Assembly (NCBI GenBank): GCA_045837725.1
Contig: JBEWZL010000300.1
Span: 1 to 64,000 of the forward strand
DNA length: 64,000 nucleotides
Source: Vermamoeba vermiformis
Taxonomy: Eukaryota
Direction of reading: 5' to 3'
Of the stretch, positions 21,901 through 35,233 are shown piece by piece. Within the stretch, counting starts at the first letter, position 1. Every line of letters starts with the position of its first letter. Under the pieces are notes generated by a model. That model saw only the letters and a program-made list of their open reading frames with translations. It searched no databases and was not told where the DNA came from. Made by a program: the position numbers and the translations under genes.

Positions 21901-24900
21901 ATAGTGATTACGAAGTACCAGTCAAAGTAAGCTACTTATTTACAACCACTTTAAATTTAACCTAACACCTATCGCAGATCGAAAGCGAAGAGTTTCTTGA
22001 CGGCACGATGTACTACACTAACAGAGGTCCTATCAACATTCGAGCCTCGACACTGTTAGGCAAAGTGATTCAGGGAGACGTTGTTCTTGTCATGAAGGGC
22101 CGCAAGGGTTCATTTTTGTACAATTTGCTGCGGTAAGTCAACACCATTACACTCCTCTTCAACAGATATTAATTGTTCGACACAGACCCGAACTCGTTGC
22201 CAGTGCGAAGACTCCGCTATCAAGTGACTCGTTCTCACCTTTCGGACGACACGACGGCGCTATCCACAACAAAGAAGTGGAGAATGCTTGGTTCTCGTTT
22301 ATCGAATCTGTGCCTCAAAAACTCGAGACGATGGTCACGGAGTTAGAAGACTTCCTTCCCGACAGATTCACGCGCAGCTTGCACAGATACGGAATCAACT
22401 TGCGACACGTTGGACTCATCAGGTCTCTCAGCAAAAGCAACTACATTGCCAAGCAAGCTCTTGTCGAGATGATCACAAGAATTGCCAAGAACTACGTCAG
22501 GTACGAAAAATTGTCAGAATGAGTATTTTCTTAACACCATTGATAGAAATCGAGTGCGCACGTCCAAAGCTGACGACATTAAAGAGATTATCGTGAATCA
22601 CTTCAATTTACTGCTTGGAAAGGGTGATGCGTCGGACTTTTTCTGGAGATTTGCGATTAAGGTACTCTACGCCAAATCTATTATCGATATCTAACTTTGT
22701 AATTATTTAGACGCAAATTGAAGCAAAATTTAGCAAGGCAAGTTTGGCACTCAACTTGGACGAAAGAAAGTTCCAGTTCGATCTGCGCGACATTATCAAC
22801 AAATTGGCCTTGTTCCAAGTAAGCTCAACTAATAGATAGATGATTCCGATGTAATACTAATGCAATGTAGGTCCTGCAAGAGAAGATTGGTGTTCGCTTT
22901 AAAGACGAAGTGCTCGAGAAACTCTCACTGAATCCTCAGCTGTTAGAGACCGCTTATCCATTCAAACTTGATGATATTGACTCCATCCAAGTGAAGGTCA
23001 AGCACTTGCTCGAGCCTGATTTGACCGAAAAAATTATGGCGTGGATCAAAGAGAACTCTACCGACAATAACATTTTCAATCCGATCAAAGCTAGTCCTTA
23101 TATGGACAAGTTTAGCATTCCGAACACTGAGGTAAGGCGTATCAAATTACTTAGTTGGCTTTCGTTATAACTTCTTACAAGGTCTGCCATATGCTATTGA
23201 ATCAAGCGTTCCGTTTGTTGCAAGAAAAAGATTACAATCAATCAATTGCTCTGATTGAAAAGGCTCAAGAAATTGTCGAGGGAGTCAACCTCTTGCCGAT
23301 TGAAGTCATTCTGAAAATACAATACATAAGGTACTGATTTCACCCCGTTAAATTTTCGTCGCTAACACTGTTTAGGGGCTGTGTTGCTTTATTCAACAGA
23401 AACTATGACCTCGCCAACAAGCACCTCATTTGTGCCTACAAAATCATTACTTCAGTAACGCGCACAGTATCGTAAGTCACTCTCATAATAATAACTATCA
23501 GTCTAACTTCATGGCAGCAACGATAAATTCGGTCGATCTGATCGTCCGTTCCTTTTGCTAATTCTCAACATGCTTTTGAAGTCGGTTTATGACAGCGGCA
23601 ATCGATTGGGCGCTTTGTATTACTCTCTTCAATTCCTGTGCTTTTGGAAACAGTTCCCGTGTCACTGTAAGTTCGCAAGAATTGAACGCGCTAATTATTT
23701 ACGCTGCTGCAGTGCACGAAGAAAATATGCTCTCACTGTTCGGCTATCAACTGCCAATTGCATTGCAGAGTTTACCGGCAATTGCCGGGGAGGGTAACTG
23801 GGCAATCTATCCTGGCTATGAAAAAAGTTTGAATGGCTTTAAACATGTAACAAACGATGTTCAACAGCATCTAATTCGCTCACGTAAGTTTACTTACTCT
23901 TTAAAGCTTGATTCTAATCAGCGACCTCAGTGCTGATGGAACAACGAAGTGGTTTGCTCAGCTTGTCCTCGTTGATGCACAGATTGGATACCAAGCTTGA
24001 CCTTAGCTTGGATATCAACCCATTCATCCGTTATTACAAGAACCTGCACATTTGCCCTCGATTCATCAAGGCGAATCAGTCACAAACGGTCAAGGTAGGA
24101 CATTACGCGATTGGTTTATTTAATAACACCTGAAGGTATACTTGTACGGAGCAACAACGGCTCGACTCACGGTGAAGAACTCGGCTGGAAAACCTGTTTT
24201 TGTGTCAGAAGTTTCCTTCGTTGACTTTGCCACGGAGTTGGTGCTTGATCTTGAGCCCGGCGAATTTACGATGGAATCGGAAGTGATGCTGATGGATAAG
24301 CGCTCGAATAACTTTATAATGAATTCGACGGCTCATTTTTCAGTCATTCCACCACAAAGTAAGCCCTCCTTCGTGTTAGAGCTCGTAATAATGTTTGTTT
24401 TACAGATGGATCGTTTAACTTCCTGCTTGGTTATGACCGCAAAAACGAAGTACCAGTCACATTTATTGTGCCCGATGACAATCCAGTCGAACGCGTCGCT
24501 GTGCACAGCTTACAAAAAATACCACAGGGTTCTCAACCGCGGTCGAGTGAAGATGAAACTAATCCAGTGTTCTATGCAATCAATCGACTTGGAGAAGTCT
24601 GGGAAATGACATGTAAGCCGTATAAGAGTTATATTTGGCCTATTAACACAATCCTAGATGCAAAGCCCATTGCTAGCAAAATAGCCTCGCTGTTACCTTG
24701 GAAGGTCGTGCAAATCGAACAAAGCAGCACGCATTGCATTCTCTTGGCTGCCACTGGCGAAGTGTTTACTTGGGTGAGTTCTATTAATTATCACTTGTCC
24801 ACCCCGAGCATTAATTTACCTACTTCCTTAGGGAACTTCGGAATATGGAGAACTCGGTCATGGTGACACTTCAACCAGATCTGATCCACGATTGGTCGAA

Positions 24901-27648
24901 AAGCTCAAAGGTGTTAAGATCAAGGTGAGTTCGCGAACTGTTTATGTTCCAACTTTTACTGACTTCACACAGCGAGTGTTTGCTTACTGTCAACGGTCAT
25001 TCGCTCTATCAGAAGACGGCGTCTTGTACGCTTGGGGAAGATACGCGAACAAAGGTCACAAGTCCGCGTACTTGCCCATGATCTACGACGCGATCAAGAG
25101 CTCTGTTGTTCACGTCGCTGCTTGTCGGGACATTCGTAACACACAAGATTCTCTTGTCAAGACGGCTGCATTCACCACTGAAACAGGCCACGTATATTTT
25201 TCTACTGGGTAAGTAGGCACCATTAATTGATTTGACCCGTGCTCCTAACATTTCTTCTCTGAAGTAACGAGGATACCATACCAAGCGTCATCTTGTGCGA
25301 TTTGATAGCCGATAGATTTATCGTTGAATGTGCTGTTATGGCAGACAGAGTTCTCGCCTTGGACGTGCACGGCAATCTTTCATGCCTCAAGTAAGTAGTA
25401 TAGACGGCCTGTCGTTGAGAAGAATGCCCGTTAACCCTACTTTATCACAGAAGCCACAACTTTGGCGGTGAATTCTATGAAGACAAGCGGGATGTTAGAA
25501 AAATGTATTTGCATGGTCTGCCAGTCACTTCGATCGATCCTTCAGTCGCAGAAGTTTCCGCAGCACTCACTGCAACAGGCGATATTTATTTGGAAGACCG
25601 CAATCGAGAATTCAGCCACAAGATGCTCCCGCACTTGTTCTACCAAGTTCATGGTCACACGATCAGTCACTTCAGCTGCACTCGCGATCACTTGATTGCT
25701 GTCCCGGGCCCTGCTGTAAGCCAAATTTCTTACCCCGCTAAACGATCCTAATATTATTTTAGCCGTCGTTACCTGTAATCCCTCCATCTGTGTTGCAGCA
25801 AAGAAAGATTTTGGAGACCGTTTCAGGTGCCTTAACCAACACTCGACTCGAGGTCAAGATCGAAGATTTGATCATCAAAGTATTCTGGGCCTCACCGCTT
25901 ACAAAAAGCGACAGATTCGCCATCTACCTGCACGCAGTAGACCCGCCAAACCAAAATGTCAAGCGTACGTACTTCAAAGCTCTTCTCTTTCTACTCACTA
26001 ACCCGGTCTCAAAAGGGTACGGTGCGAGTTCCCAAACAGCTGAAACGCAACAAGAAGGCGAAGTGTGGTTCTCGACCATGTTTGCTCCTGATGAATATAT
26101 TATTAAGGACAAGATCCGCAAGCATCCCTTAATGAATGCGCCCTCTGGTGCTTACTATGTTTCGCTTGAAGTCAACGACAAAGAAATGGCAAAGTCAGCG
26201 CAGTTCGTAGTTGATTTCACGGGTAAGCTCGACCTTGAACGACACAATAGCTAAACGGCTAACTTAACACTCTTTAAGACCCGCAAATGGTGCTCGAACC
26301 AAATCTCGATGAAGTTCGGCCAGGCCAACCAATCACGTGGAAGTTCTTCACTCGTTCTTACAGAACTACCGAGATGATTCATATTATGTAATAACTGACT
26401 CTTCCCTCAACTTTAAATTGGTCTAACATTGTGTCTGCTAGTGACGTCGACAGCGATATGTTGGTTATGGCGGAAATGCCCACATCGGAGAATGCGCGCA
26501 AAAAAGGAACTATGACATTTGCGCACCCTATGGAGGGCTGCAGGTACGAAGTGCGTTATAACAAAGACCCCATGCTGACTTTAATAGGTACTACGCGAGA
26601 TGGAGCTTCACGTACACGACAGACGAAAAGCCCGTGCAACAATTCTTGATGCGTAGTCGCGAAGTGGTGGTCAAATTAGCGCAAGATTATATCAGTAAGT
26701 TTCGCGGCTCGTATAAAGCACCCACCTTAGTTGACCCTCTTGATATAGCTGAGAAAGATGTGCTCGAACTTAACGTGTCGCAATCGCATGTCAAGCCGTC
26801 GAGTACCATCAAAGTGTCTTGGAAATTAGCCCCGTCATTCAAATGCTCCTATAAGGAGGTGCTGGCTATTGCTAATGTAAGCGTTGACGAATTAGATGTA
26901 AATTTACACCGCTTAACCCTTCTCTACAGAGCTCCTGCAAGATGGGATACTCAGATTGGATGAAGATTAGCCAAGTAAGTATACCGTCAATTATGAGATT
27001 CGGATGATCAATGCAGCTAACTCTTGAATACAGCCGAAACAAATAATGACCTCGGAAGGAAGTGCCGAGCTGACTGCACCGCACGAGGAAGGAGAATACG
27101 TTGTTGGCATTATGCTCAATGGCATTGGATTCAGCGGTAGGAATAATTATTGATTTTTATTTACCTATACTGGAAATTGATTAATCTTTCTGTTGCAGGT
27201 CAGAAAGTCAAGACTGTTCCACTCCTCGTGGACGCGAAGGCACCAGATCCAGTCGTCGAAACACCCGCTGTTCAACAGGCACCAATCGTGCTTGCGGTTA
27301 ATAACAACAATAATGCTGGCGGTCATAGTCAGCAACTTCTCGAGTTCGCCAGTATGAAGACAGAGTTTGCCTCGTGGAAAGATTTCTTCGTGCACGCGGG
27401 AGTCAACAACGCAGAGATGTACGGACAAGTCGCGACTGCTATCAACATGCCCGTGTCACTCATCCCCGTGGGTACGTAACATTCGGCGAACAGATCGCAA
27501 TATTAAATATACTGACTTGTATGTAGCTGATTCGTTCTTGATTGCCAAGCTCGGTATTGTAGACATGCAGGATGTGGAAAAAATTCTCTTGAAAGCGTTG
27601 CAGATCCGTGAAGCGAGAATAGCGAAGATGATTATTGGGATGAAATAA
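18984..27648 (+). CDS. Large Clu-domain protein with N-terminal ZZ-type Zn fingers, Tyr/acidic repeats, TPR, RCC1 repeats, Ig/SKICH-like segments and a SAM-like C-terminus
   Basis: CGAC..CTTC..LCASCE..HHWRHSF (ZZ); GGVAGGEKY..GIFFKFAID..AAGLELQGL..LHYPLMILIDYRGYRLI and DIEGH.GKDGRYYLLDTARLFP (Clu); LHRYGINLRHVG; HCILLAATGEVFTWG..GELGHGD (RCC1); WKDFFVHAGV..LGIVDMQDVEKIL. Confidence 0.8.
19870..20720 (+). repeat. Coding tandem repeat of ~20-aa units (KSKGYYEDNKEDSYSYNTEKQPSP)
   Basis: Recurrent GY(Y)ED / SYSYN motifs in ORF 19660..21282, with matching DNA repeats (tatagctacaa, ccaaatcaaaagg). Confidence 0.85.
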
Positions 27649-27797
27649 ATAATCTGCCTTGTTAACAAGGATAAGGCCATGTATGTAATTTCATAACTTT
27701 ACCAGAATCTGGGACAACACGACAAGTGTCTTTCTGGGGACAGCACCCCAAAAAAACCGAAAGCGACTTATTTTTGACGGTTCATGCCACGCCTACC

Positions 27798-28952
27798 ATG
27801 CGTCAGCGTCGATACAAGCCTTGTGTATTTTTTTTGCTGGCCGCTTGTGTTGGGCTCAATGTTTTGTGGTGGTTAGCGGCATCCTCTTCAAAATCGGATG
27901 TTGAGATAACCTACCCTCTGAAAATATGTGAAGTGGCTATTGGCATTACTACCACCGCCACCTATAAAGATAGAGTGCAGATGCAAGAAAAGACTTGGAT
28001 TAAAGAAATGTGCGCAGAGAAGTCTAATTATCGCTTCATTACCGACGAAAAACCTGACAATAATAATTATATTTTTTCTTATTGTCCAAACGACTATAAT
28101 TCAGTATGCTGCAAAACGGCAGATCTAATTCACAAAATATACGAAGTATTTCCACAAAAGAAATGGTTCATGAAGTGCGACGATGATTCCTACGTTGTAC
28201 CCAATAGAGTGGTGGATTTTTTATCGACACTTGACCCTAAAGAACCGATACTAACCGGATGTAAGTCTCAGCGCTCCGTCGCTATTAAAGACTCGATAAA
28301 TTGATATATTTTATCATATTTAACGAAGATCAATCACAATACTATTTTATTCAATAAAAAACATAATTTTTTACGTAAATTAACTCCGGATCTCGAAACG
28401 AATTTCTTAACTTTTTTTCTTTAGTGCCGTACTATGTAGTTCTCGAAAATATGTGCACAATACCACGAACACGTCACAATTGTACCGCTGGAAGTCAACG
28501 CCCTCATATTGGTGGCGAATTCAATTACACTGCTGCAGACAACTTTGCGTACCCTGCCGGAGGTATTCATCACGTCATAACGCAATCAAATTATAACTCA
28601 TAATCAACAGGGCCTTGCTATGCTTTCTCAAATGAATTAGCACGTCGAATGGTGAAGTACAATGTCACAAATCACTACTCAAAGTACTGCAACAGCGAGG
28701 CTCCGTTCGAAGATTTAATGATCTCACGTATCGGTAAGTCTTAAAATGCCCTACAATATGTCGTATTAACTCTATTTTGTAGCTCATGATGTCGGTGGTT
28801 ATGTCGTGGATGGATCGCGGTACTTCGATCAAGATCCAGCAAAGAAAGAAACAATTAAATCCGACACAACGTGTTGTTATCACATGTGGGATAATACATG
28901 GAAGCAAGTGGACAAAATTCACGCTGAGTTGCATTCATCAAGCCCAGAATGA
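27798..28952 (+). CDS. GT31 (Fringe / core-1 beta-1,3-galactosyltransferase-like) glycosyltransferase
   Basis: N-terminal TM anchor; KWFMKCDDDSYV (DxD motif); FAYPAGGPCYAFS; FEDLMIS. Confidence 0.8.
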
Positions 28953-29096
28953 GCCACTACCGATTGTTATTGTAAAATTTGTAAATAATTGACTCGAAAG
29001 CACGTGCAAAATGACCCGATTTATTTCGTTCCAAGGGCCCACGGAATCATCATTAGAAAGTTGGACTCTTCTATTTCTCCGCAACCAAATGTTAGG

Positions 29097-30041
29097 TCAA
29101 AGTCCCATGTCAACTCCAATAATACTAAACAGCCCATTATAATAAGATGCCCAAAAAGCGTGGCGTTCATTCCCCACATCAAAATACACGCCCTTCAAAG
29201 CCACAAGCGACGAAATGACCAACCCTGCGCCAACTCCCATAACTAACAAAAACCATCTACTTTCCAAGAAACCTCTTGCAATCTTGGTTCTCAATAGCCT
29301 ATCAGACGCCTGTATCAGTCCAAATGTCATGTGATACAGGCCTGCGATGCCAATCAACGCAGCGGGCACAAAAAACAACCCAAATCTTTGCAAAGTGAAT
29401 GAGATCAACGACAAGTCTGCTTTGTACTGATCACCGAACATCACACTCGGCAGTCGCAAGCCCATCAAATGCATCGGAACCAACAGGCCAAGAATGTACC
29501 TATTGACAAGCAAGTTGAGACGACTTTATCGACACTACTGCCTATGTATATTGTGTCATTGCAGTGTTGTTAACTTACGCCGAGTATCGATTCAACTTCT
29601 GGGCCGTGGTCAGAGGCTTAATTGCTTTTGGATTCTTTTCCCGAGCCCATCGTCGCACAGTGAGGATTGAATTGGCGAGTATGTGGATTATTAGACTACC
29701 CATAACTACGAACGGCTCAACGTAAGGGTTTTGGTAGTACAACCTGCACTCGTGTTAGTAAACCCGTACGGGTTACTGAGCAAGATCGTTCTTACCTAAA
29801 CAATGCTTGTACTTTCTCGGCCGAGGCTAAGCCAAAATGAGCGAGCCCAACATTGAGCAGATGGAGGAAAACAAACGAAGCGAAAGCTACGCCACTTAAA
29901 ACTATTAAAAAGTCAATTTTGCTAAAAATTTCAACTGGTTAAGGTCCAGCGCTCTATTATTTAATTTTAGTTCTTACCTTGTAATTTGATTAGGCTGTTC
30001 GTTGAAAATATTTTGTCGAATACGCTTGTAGAAGAGCTCAT
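29097..30041 (-). CDS. MCP1/DUF1691-like multi-pass membrane protein
   Basis: SGVAFASFVFLHLLNV, LYYQNPYVEPFVVMGSLIIHI, GLLVPMHLMGLR and GLYHMTFG, with conserved intramembrane His residues. Confidence 0.7.
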
Positions 30042-30560
30042 TGTGGATTAATTTGACCAGATTAGCTTAAAAAAATTAAAAATGGCTACTGATGCACCCT
30101 TGTGTTGGCATTAATATGTTCTCACTGCGAAACAAAATTAATAAATGACGGCTTCGGTAGAATTTCCTTTTTGGAGAAGCGCCGTTTTGCCGTGTTGATC
30201 GACTCCAGACCAAGAGTTGTCTCGCTTGTCTATGTATATCGACGCTACCAATAAGATTACGGTGAACGACAGCCACGCGAGTGTGAGTGAAGTGTGGTGT
30301 TGAGTAAAAACAAAATAGATCGAGTGAAGTCATTTTTGTTTTCAGTCTCCGAGGAGCAGCCACACGTTAACAATCGTGTATTTAACACCTGTTGTAAATA
30401 TTTAGCATTACACAGCTTAAAATGTTCAGTGGAATCGTTCACAGATACTGCTCACGATCAGCAAGCCGGTATTTTTCTACATCCAAGCAATCAGCGGAGA
30501 GTTACAAAGATAAAGTCTCAAAATCTTTTAAAGAAGCTTGGAAAGAAGAACAAGACAATA

Positions 30561-31115
30561 ATGGACGAGGTAATTATCTGTAAACAACCAGATTCTGCGA
30601 TCCGCTCTCAGGGCAATAGAGCTTTTATCCTATAATATTTAATGGCATAAAAGAGTTATGTGGCGCTACAGATATGATTATAATCTCTTCTATTATTTTT
30701 TTACAATTTTGAAATATTTTTTGTCCGTGACATCCAAACTTACTCTCTAATCGCAGGCCTCATCTTCCCCGCCCTATTTACTGTTGGATTTATTTTATAT
30801 TATTCGTCTGCCAAGGATAAAGAACGAAGATTAGCAAGCAGAGCGGAAGAAGCTGAAAGAGAAAGCAAAAGTACGAAAGAGGCGCTTAATGAAGCCAAGC
30901 AAACTATTAGACAAAAAGAAGCACACTTTGAACAATATAAAACCAATCTCCGAACTGAATTTGATGCTCAATCTGCTTCGATCGCAAAGAACCTACGAGT
31001 AAAAGAGAACGTATTGAAGCAAGAAATTACAAAAGTATTGGATAAAGTCGATAATACGGCTATTTCGCCTATTCAAGAAAAAACAACGAATACCACGAGC
31101 GAATCCAAACAATAA
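30561..31115 (+). CDS. Small TM plus coiled-coil hypothetical protein (5' exons uncertain)
   Basis: Exon after the acceptor at 30757 reads LIFPALFTVGFILYYSSAKDKERRLASRAEEAERE...ESKQ*. ATGGACGAG|GTAATT lies upstream. Confidence 0.5.
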
Positions 31116-31187
31116 ACGTAAGTTTACTGCAGATCTCATCAACACGTAAAGATTACACTATTGACGGCAGTGCTAAATACGCACATA

Positions 31188-31594
31188 CTACGCAGTATGT
31201 TGCTTTTGCATTCTTTGTTGTTGCAAGAGCGTGTCGTCGAACTTTATGCCGGCACCTCGGAGACGATCCATCAAAGTTCCGTCATCACGAGCCTTCTTAG
31301 TAGCGTCTTCGCCACCGATGAATTGACCATTAATGTAGACATAAGGGACAGTAGTCTGCCTAGTCTCTGTCGTCAATTCTTTGCGAAGCAAATCCGCTTC
31401 CTTTTCCTCTACAAATAGATGTGAGAAAGTCTGACTTTCTAGGACCAATAAAGCCTACCTAGGAGGTCCAAGTTGACGCGCTTGAAAGGGATTGAAGACG
31501 TGCTGAACATGTGGCTCACACCGTTCGTGTGCTCACAAGTACTTTTGCCAATGACAAGGACTTTGTTCTGGGTTTTTAAATCATAGACATTCAT
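31188..31594 (-). CDS. Glutaredoxin with an atypical CEHT active site (2 exons)
   Basis: KVLVIGKSTCEHT..., QTTVPYVYINGQFIGGED. Confidence 0.8.
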
Positions 31595-31830
31595 TGCTGA
31601 CTGTTGCTGTTATGCAATTTAAAGGTTTTCATTGGACGCTTTTATCTTTTTTCGTGCTACGGTACGAATTTTGATAGAAATTTACTTTCGCCAGTCAATT
31701 TGCCTGAAAATCGATAAGAATTGCTGCCGAGCGAACGAAACAAACGCAGTAGATTTGGTCTTGTTATTTGAACTAGGTGTAATACAAAAACGTTTATGTA
31801 CAAATTAAACAAAAATTACATCAGATCTGA

Positions 31831-33430
31831 TCAATAACGACGGATCTTTTGAGGAGCAGGATAGTCTCGAGAAGTATTCGAATACGCTAGCTCTAATTTC
31901 ATATCGTCGGGTTCTTCATCGCTAGAGCTGTCATCGTCATCCTCATCACTGCCCTTCTTGTCGTCTTTCTTCTTGTTGTTATTCGGGTTGAAATTCTTCC
32001 AATCAAATCTATGAATTGACCCTTCGCGTTTAATAGGTGCAATCTTTCCAGGATCATATTTCTTTTCAATCTTCGCTTCTTTGCCGTCTTTTCTCTTCAC
32101 CACGTCAAAGTTGCTCTCTTCTTTCTTTTCAGTGTAGCCGTTCTTTGCAGCTTTATTTTGTTCGTCTTCTTTAACTCGATCAAAGTAACGAAGTCTAGCT
32201 TCGCGTGTGGAGTGATTGACATCGAAAACCATGCCGCTGTCTACAAATAATTGCATCAGCATCAATTACTAAATAATTAAGAATATTCCAAAGTTTACTT
32301 ACCTTCGATTAGTTTCTTCTTTCGTTCAATTTTCTTTTGGCGGTCATATTGCTTTCGCCAGTAGCGGTGCTTATTAGTTTCAGCTCCGTACTCCGCTAAT
32401 CTCTTCTTGTAGTCATTCTCGTATTCTGTAGCGTATAGTGGAAGCCACAAACGATCGTCATCTAAATAGCACTATTAGTTTCCAGAACGGCACGGGATCT
32501 TCCAGAATCCGAAAAACAATTTCGTTTCAAAAACAATTAAAAATATTAATAAATAGAAATTAGGCACTTACTTGATATTCTCCAATAATTTTTGTTAGCC
32601 AATGAGGCCGAAGTTAATTCAGGTCCGGGTAAACGTCTGAAAATATTCAAAATAACTTCGTCTGGCAATTCTATCTCCATTTTATTGTTCTCCATCTGCT
32701 AAAATGTATTTGTTAGTAATTTATTAAGAAAAAAATTATTTGGGTGTTTGTCTTAGGTACTAAGGATCAGAATTATTACAACTCCGAGCCACAAGAAAGA
32801 TCCAAATTGCTTACATTCTTATGACGTGTGGTCTACAGGTTTATGTGATGGTGAAAATGATCTTGTTGCAAACGTGAACTGAAATACTTGTTTTTGGCAC
32901 GTGCCCACGATCGCCTCGTCACCAATTTGCTGCGTCACCCGTTTTTGGTCAAATCCGTAATACTAGAATATTGCATTATGGCTCGAATTATTTATATTAC
33001 ATCGGTGAGTGTTGTATGTACAGCTTTCGAATCTATTTACAAAACTTCCAGAATACTCTGCGCTGGGAGTCTACAAGTTTTCCAGAATATCTGCCTGCGA
33101 TACTTGTCCGCCAATATCTGGGCGATCAAAAGAAAGATCTTCAAGCTTTATATCTGTATCGCTCGACTCGGATGGAGATGTGGGCACAGACTCGATACGC
33201 TTTGTGCTGACCTTAACCGGCCCCATATCCATACTCTCTGTTCTATAGAACTCATTTTCTTCGTGAATATCTGTCTTATCGAGCTCTAAAAAGCGACTAA
33301 TGTGGATCATGTCCATTACAGCTTGATCGCGACTCAGATCTGGTGGAGTGAGTCGAACGGAAGTGCCGTCGTTGAGATCGAACCTAGCATAAATATTATC
33401 CTCTATTCCGTTATTAGCCGCACGTGCCAT
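31831..33430 (-). CDS. Hypothetical multi-exon protein with a charged low-complexity C-terminus
   Basis: ORFs 33071..33430 and 31831..32265 plus intervening exons flanked by GT/AG (e.g. DDRLWLPLYATEYENDYKKRL). The internal splice path is unresolved. Confidence 0.5.
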
Positions 33431-33672
33431 CGCTTACATTAGTCCAGATGTGTTGACGAAGCCAGAGCGCTGTGTGTAAACGCGGATACGTTTGATTGAC
33501 AGTTTGCTGGACAAAAAACATTGTCGTAAGTACGTTGTGCGTTAAAAACGATAAAATTTGTGTTTTCGTAACGGATTCAAGAATTCACGGCCAGGGTTGA
33601 GAAAATTATCAAAAAGTTGACCCAGGCCGTTCAAAAATAAAAAGACAACAGACGGCCAAGGCAAAAAGGTAT

Positions 33673-33757
33673 CGACGCCGATGGGATTTGAACCCACGCG
33701 GGACTTCGTCCCAATGGCTTAGCAAACCATCACCTTAAACCGCTCGGTCACAGCGTC
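33673..33757 (-). tRNA. tRNA-Ser(GCT)
   Basis: Reverse complement GACGCTGTGACCGAGCGGTTTAAGGTGATGGTTTGCTAAGCCATTGGGACGAAGTCCCGCGTGGGTTCAAATCCCATCGGCGTCG: acceptor stem, GCT anticodon, long variable arm, T-loop GGTTCAAATCC, and a downstream T5 terminator. Confidence 0.95.
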
Positions 33758-35233
33758 ATTTGTTGAAAGTACGCCAGCGGATCAAGGGTGGTCGTGCAAA
33801 AGACAAAAGGACGATCATAAACGTGGGTATTATATATTATTACAAATTATCATCGTGAGAATTGTAATTTCAATCAAAGTTCAAAAAAATTTCATCCGTT
33901 GCTGAGCGATAATTAATTGTAAATTAAATAGACGATCATTCTACTTACCTAATCTGCGCTTCATTTAGTCCTCTCGAGAAGGGAAATTCTTCTTCTATGT
34001 AAATACAGTCCCCGTGCTTCGGGATCGTGATGAAGGTGTAAGGGTAGGTAAAATAGAAATAATAAATAAAGAAGAAAAACGGTGCTACGAGTACTAGGCC
34101 CAGCCACCACCTGAGAGAAAATCCAAGCTAAAAATAACGAGTAAGTAAGAACATGCTCGGAAGTATCAAGATCTGAAACTGTCGACCGTAATTTCAAAAA
34201 AATAGCCAATAGCGATACGATAAAATATTGTAATTATCGATTCATAATAATAATGAAATAAATAAAGCGAATTGATTTCTTTTTCTGTCGAGATTGCTAA
34301 CGAAAAATCGCAAAACCAATTCAGGGACATACCAGGACGCATATTAGAAGCCAAAATACTATTATCATAGCACCTGTTTTATGTGCTACGTTCGGTGGGT
34401 ATTTACGATACAGCGTGCCTCCATCTCGCTCGGGATCTTCCTCATTTATCTCCGTGCAGAAGAGTCTCAACGTGTTCTTGAATATTGTTGTATCGCACTT
34501 CATGTTGGTATGCACGCAATGTTAAATTGAATCTGAAGTGACTTCTCTTCGAGCGCGTGTCGCGCTCTGTAGAAGGAATTTCACTGCTCGTTCAAAAAAT
34601 CTTGCCAGCCACGCAACAATCAATAATTAAAATTTAGACCATTTACGCGAAGCTGTGACTGACGGCTTACGTGAGTGTTATGCTGCGCGTCGAAATTAAT
34701 ACCCACTTAAGTAGTGTTATACTCGAACAATAACAATAGTTGGCTATTAAGCACAGCTAGAAAGCCGGGATTCGTGTGCAATCGATATCATAATAATTGA
34801 TCTGAAAGCAAAATGTGTCGTGATCCAAATTAATGTGTCTCGTCCTCGTGAAAAAAGAAACAACAAACAAACCTGCCTGGTAATTTTTCTTCGGTTCCAC
34901 ATGGCCTGAAAAAATTGGAAAACGGCTAGTAGAAAAAGGCGGGAACGGATGTAGCTACCTTGTTTTCGAAGAATTTATTGCCTTAATAAATTTGATATCA
35001 AGGGAGGCAATACGGCAGAACGTGTTTTTTCGTATCTACTTTCAGTAAGTTCACTCGAACACTCTTCCTCATATTTCCACCGCCTGACATCTTGCTCTTT
35101 TTGTGCTGCGTGCATTTTGATGGCCACAGATAATTGTAAATGCTTAAAATTATTACTCAGCGTAAATATTATAAATAGTTTTTGAAATATTTATAGCGCG
35201 AGTATCGAACTAACCGTTTCTTTTTCGAATCTA

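Noticed and set aside
33961-34515. Short minus-strand ORFs next to the tRNA
   Set aside because: These could be a small gene, but I could not build a supported exon chain or find a motif.
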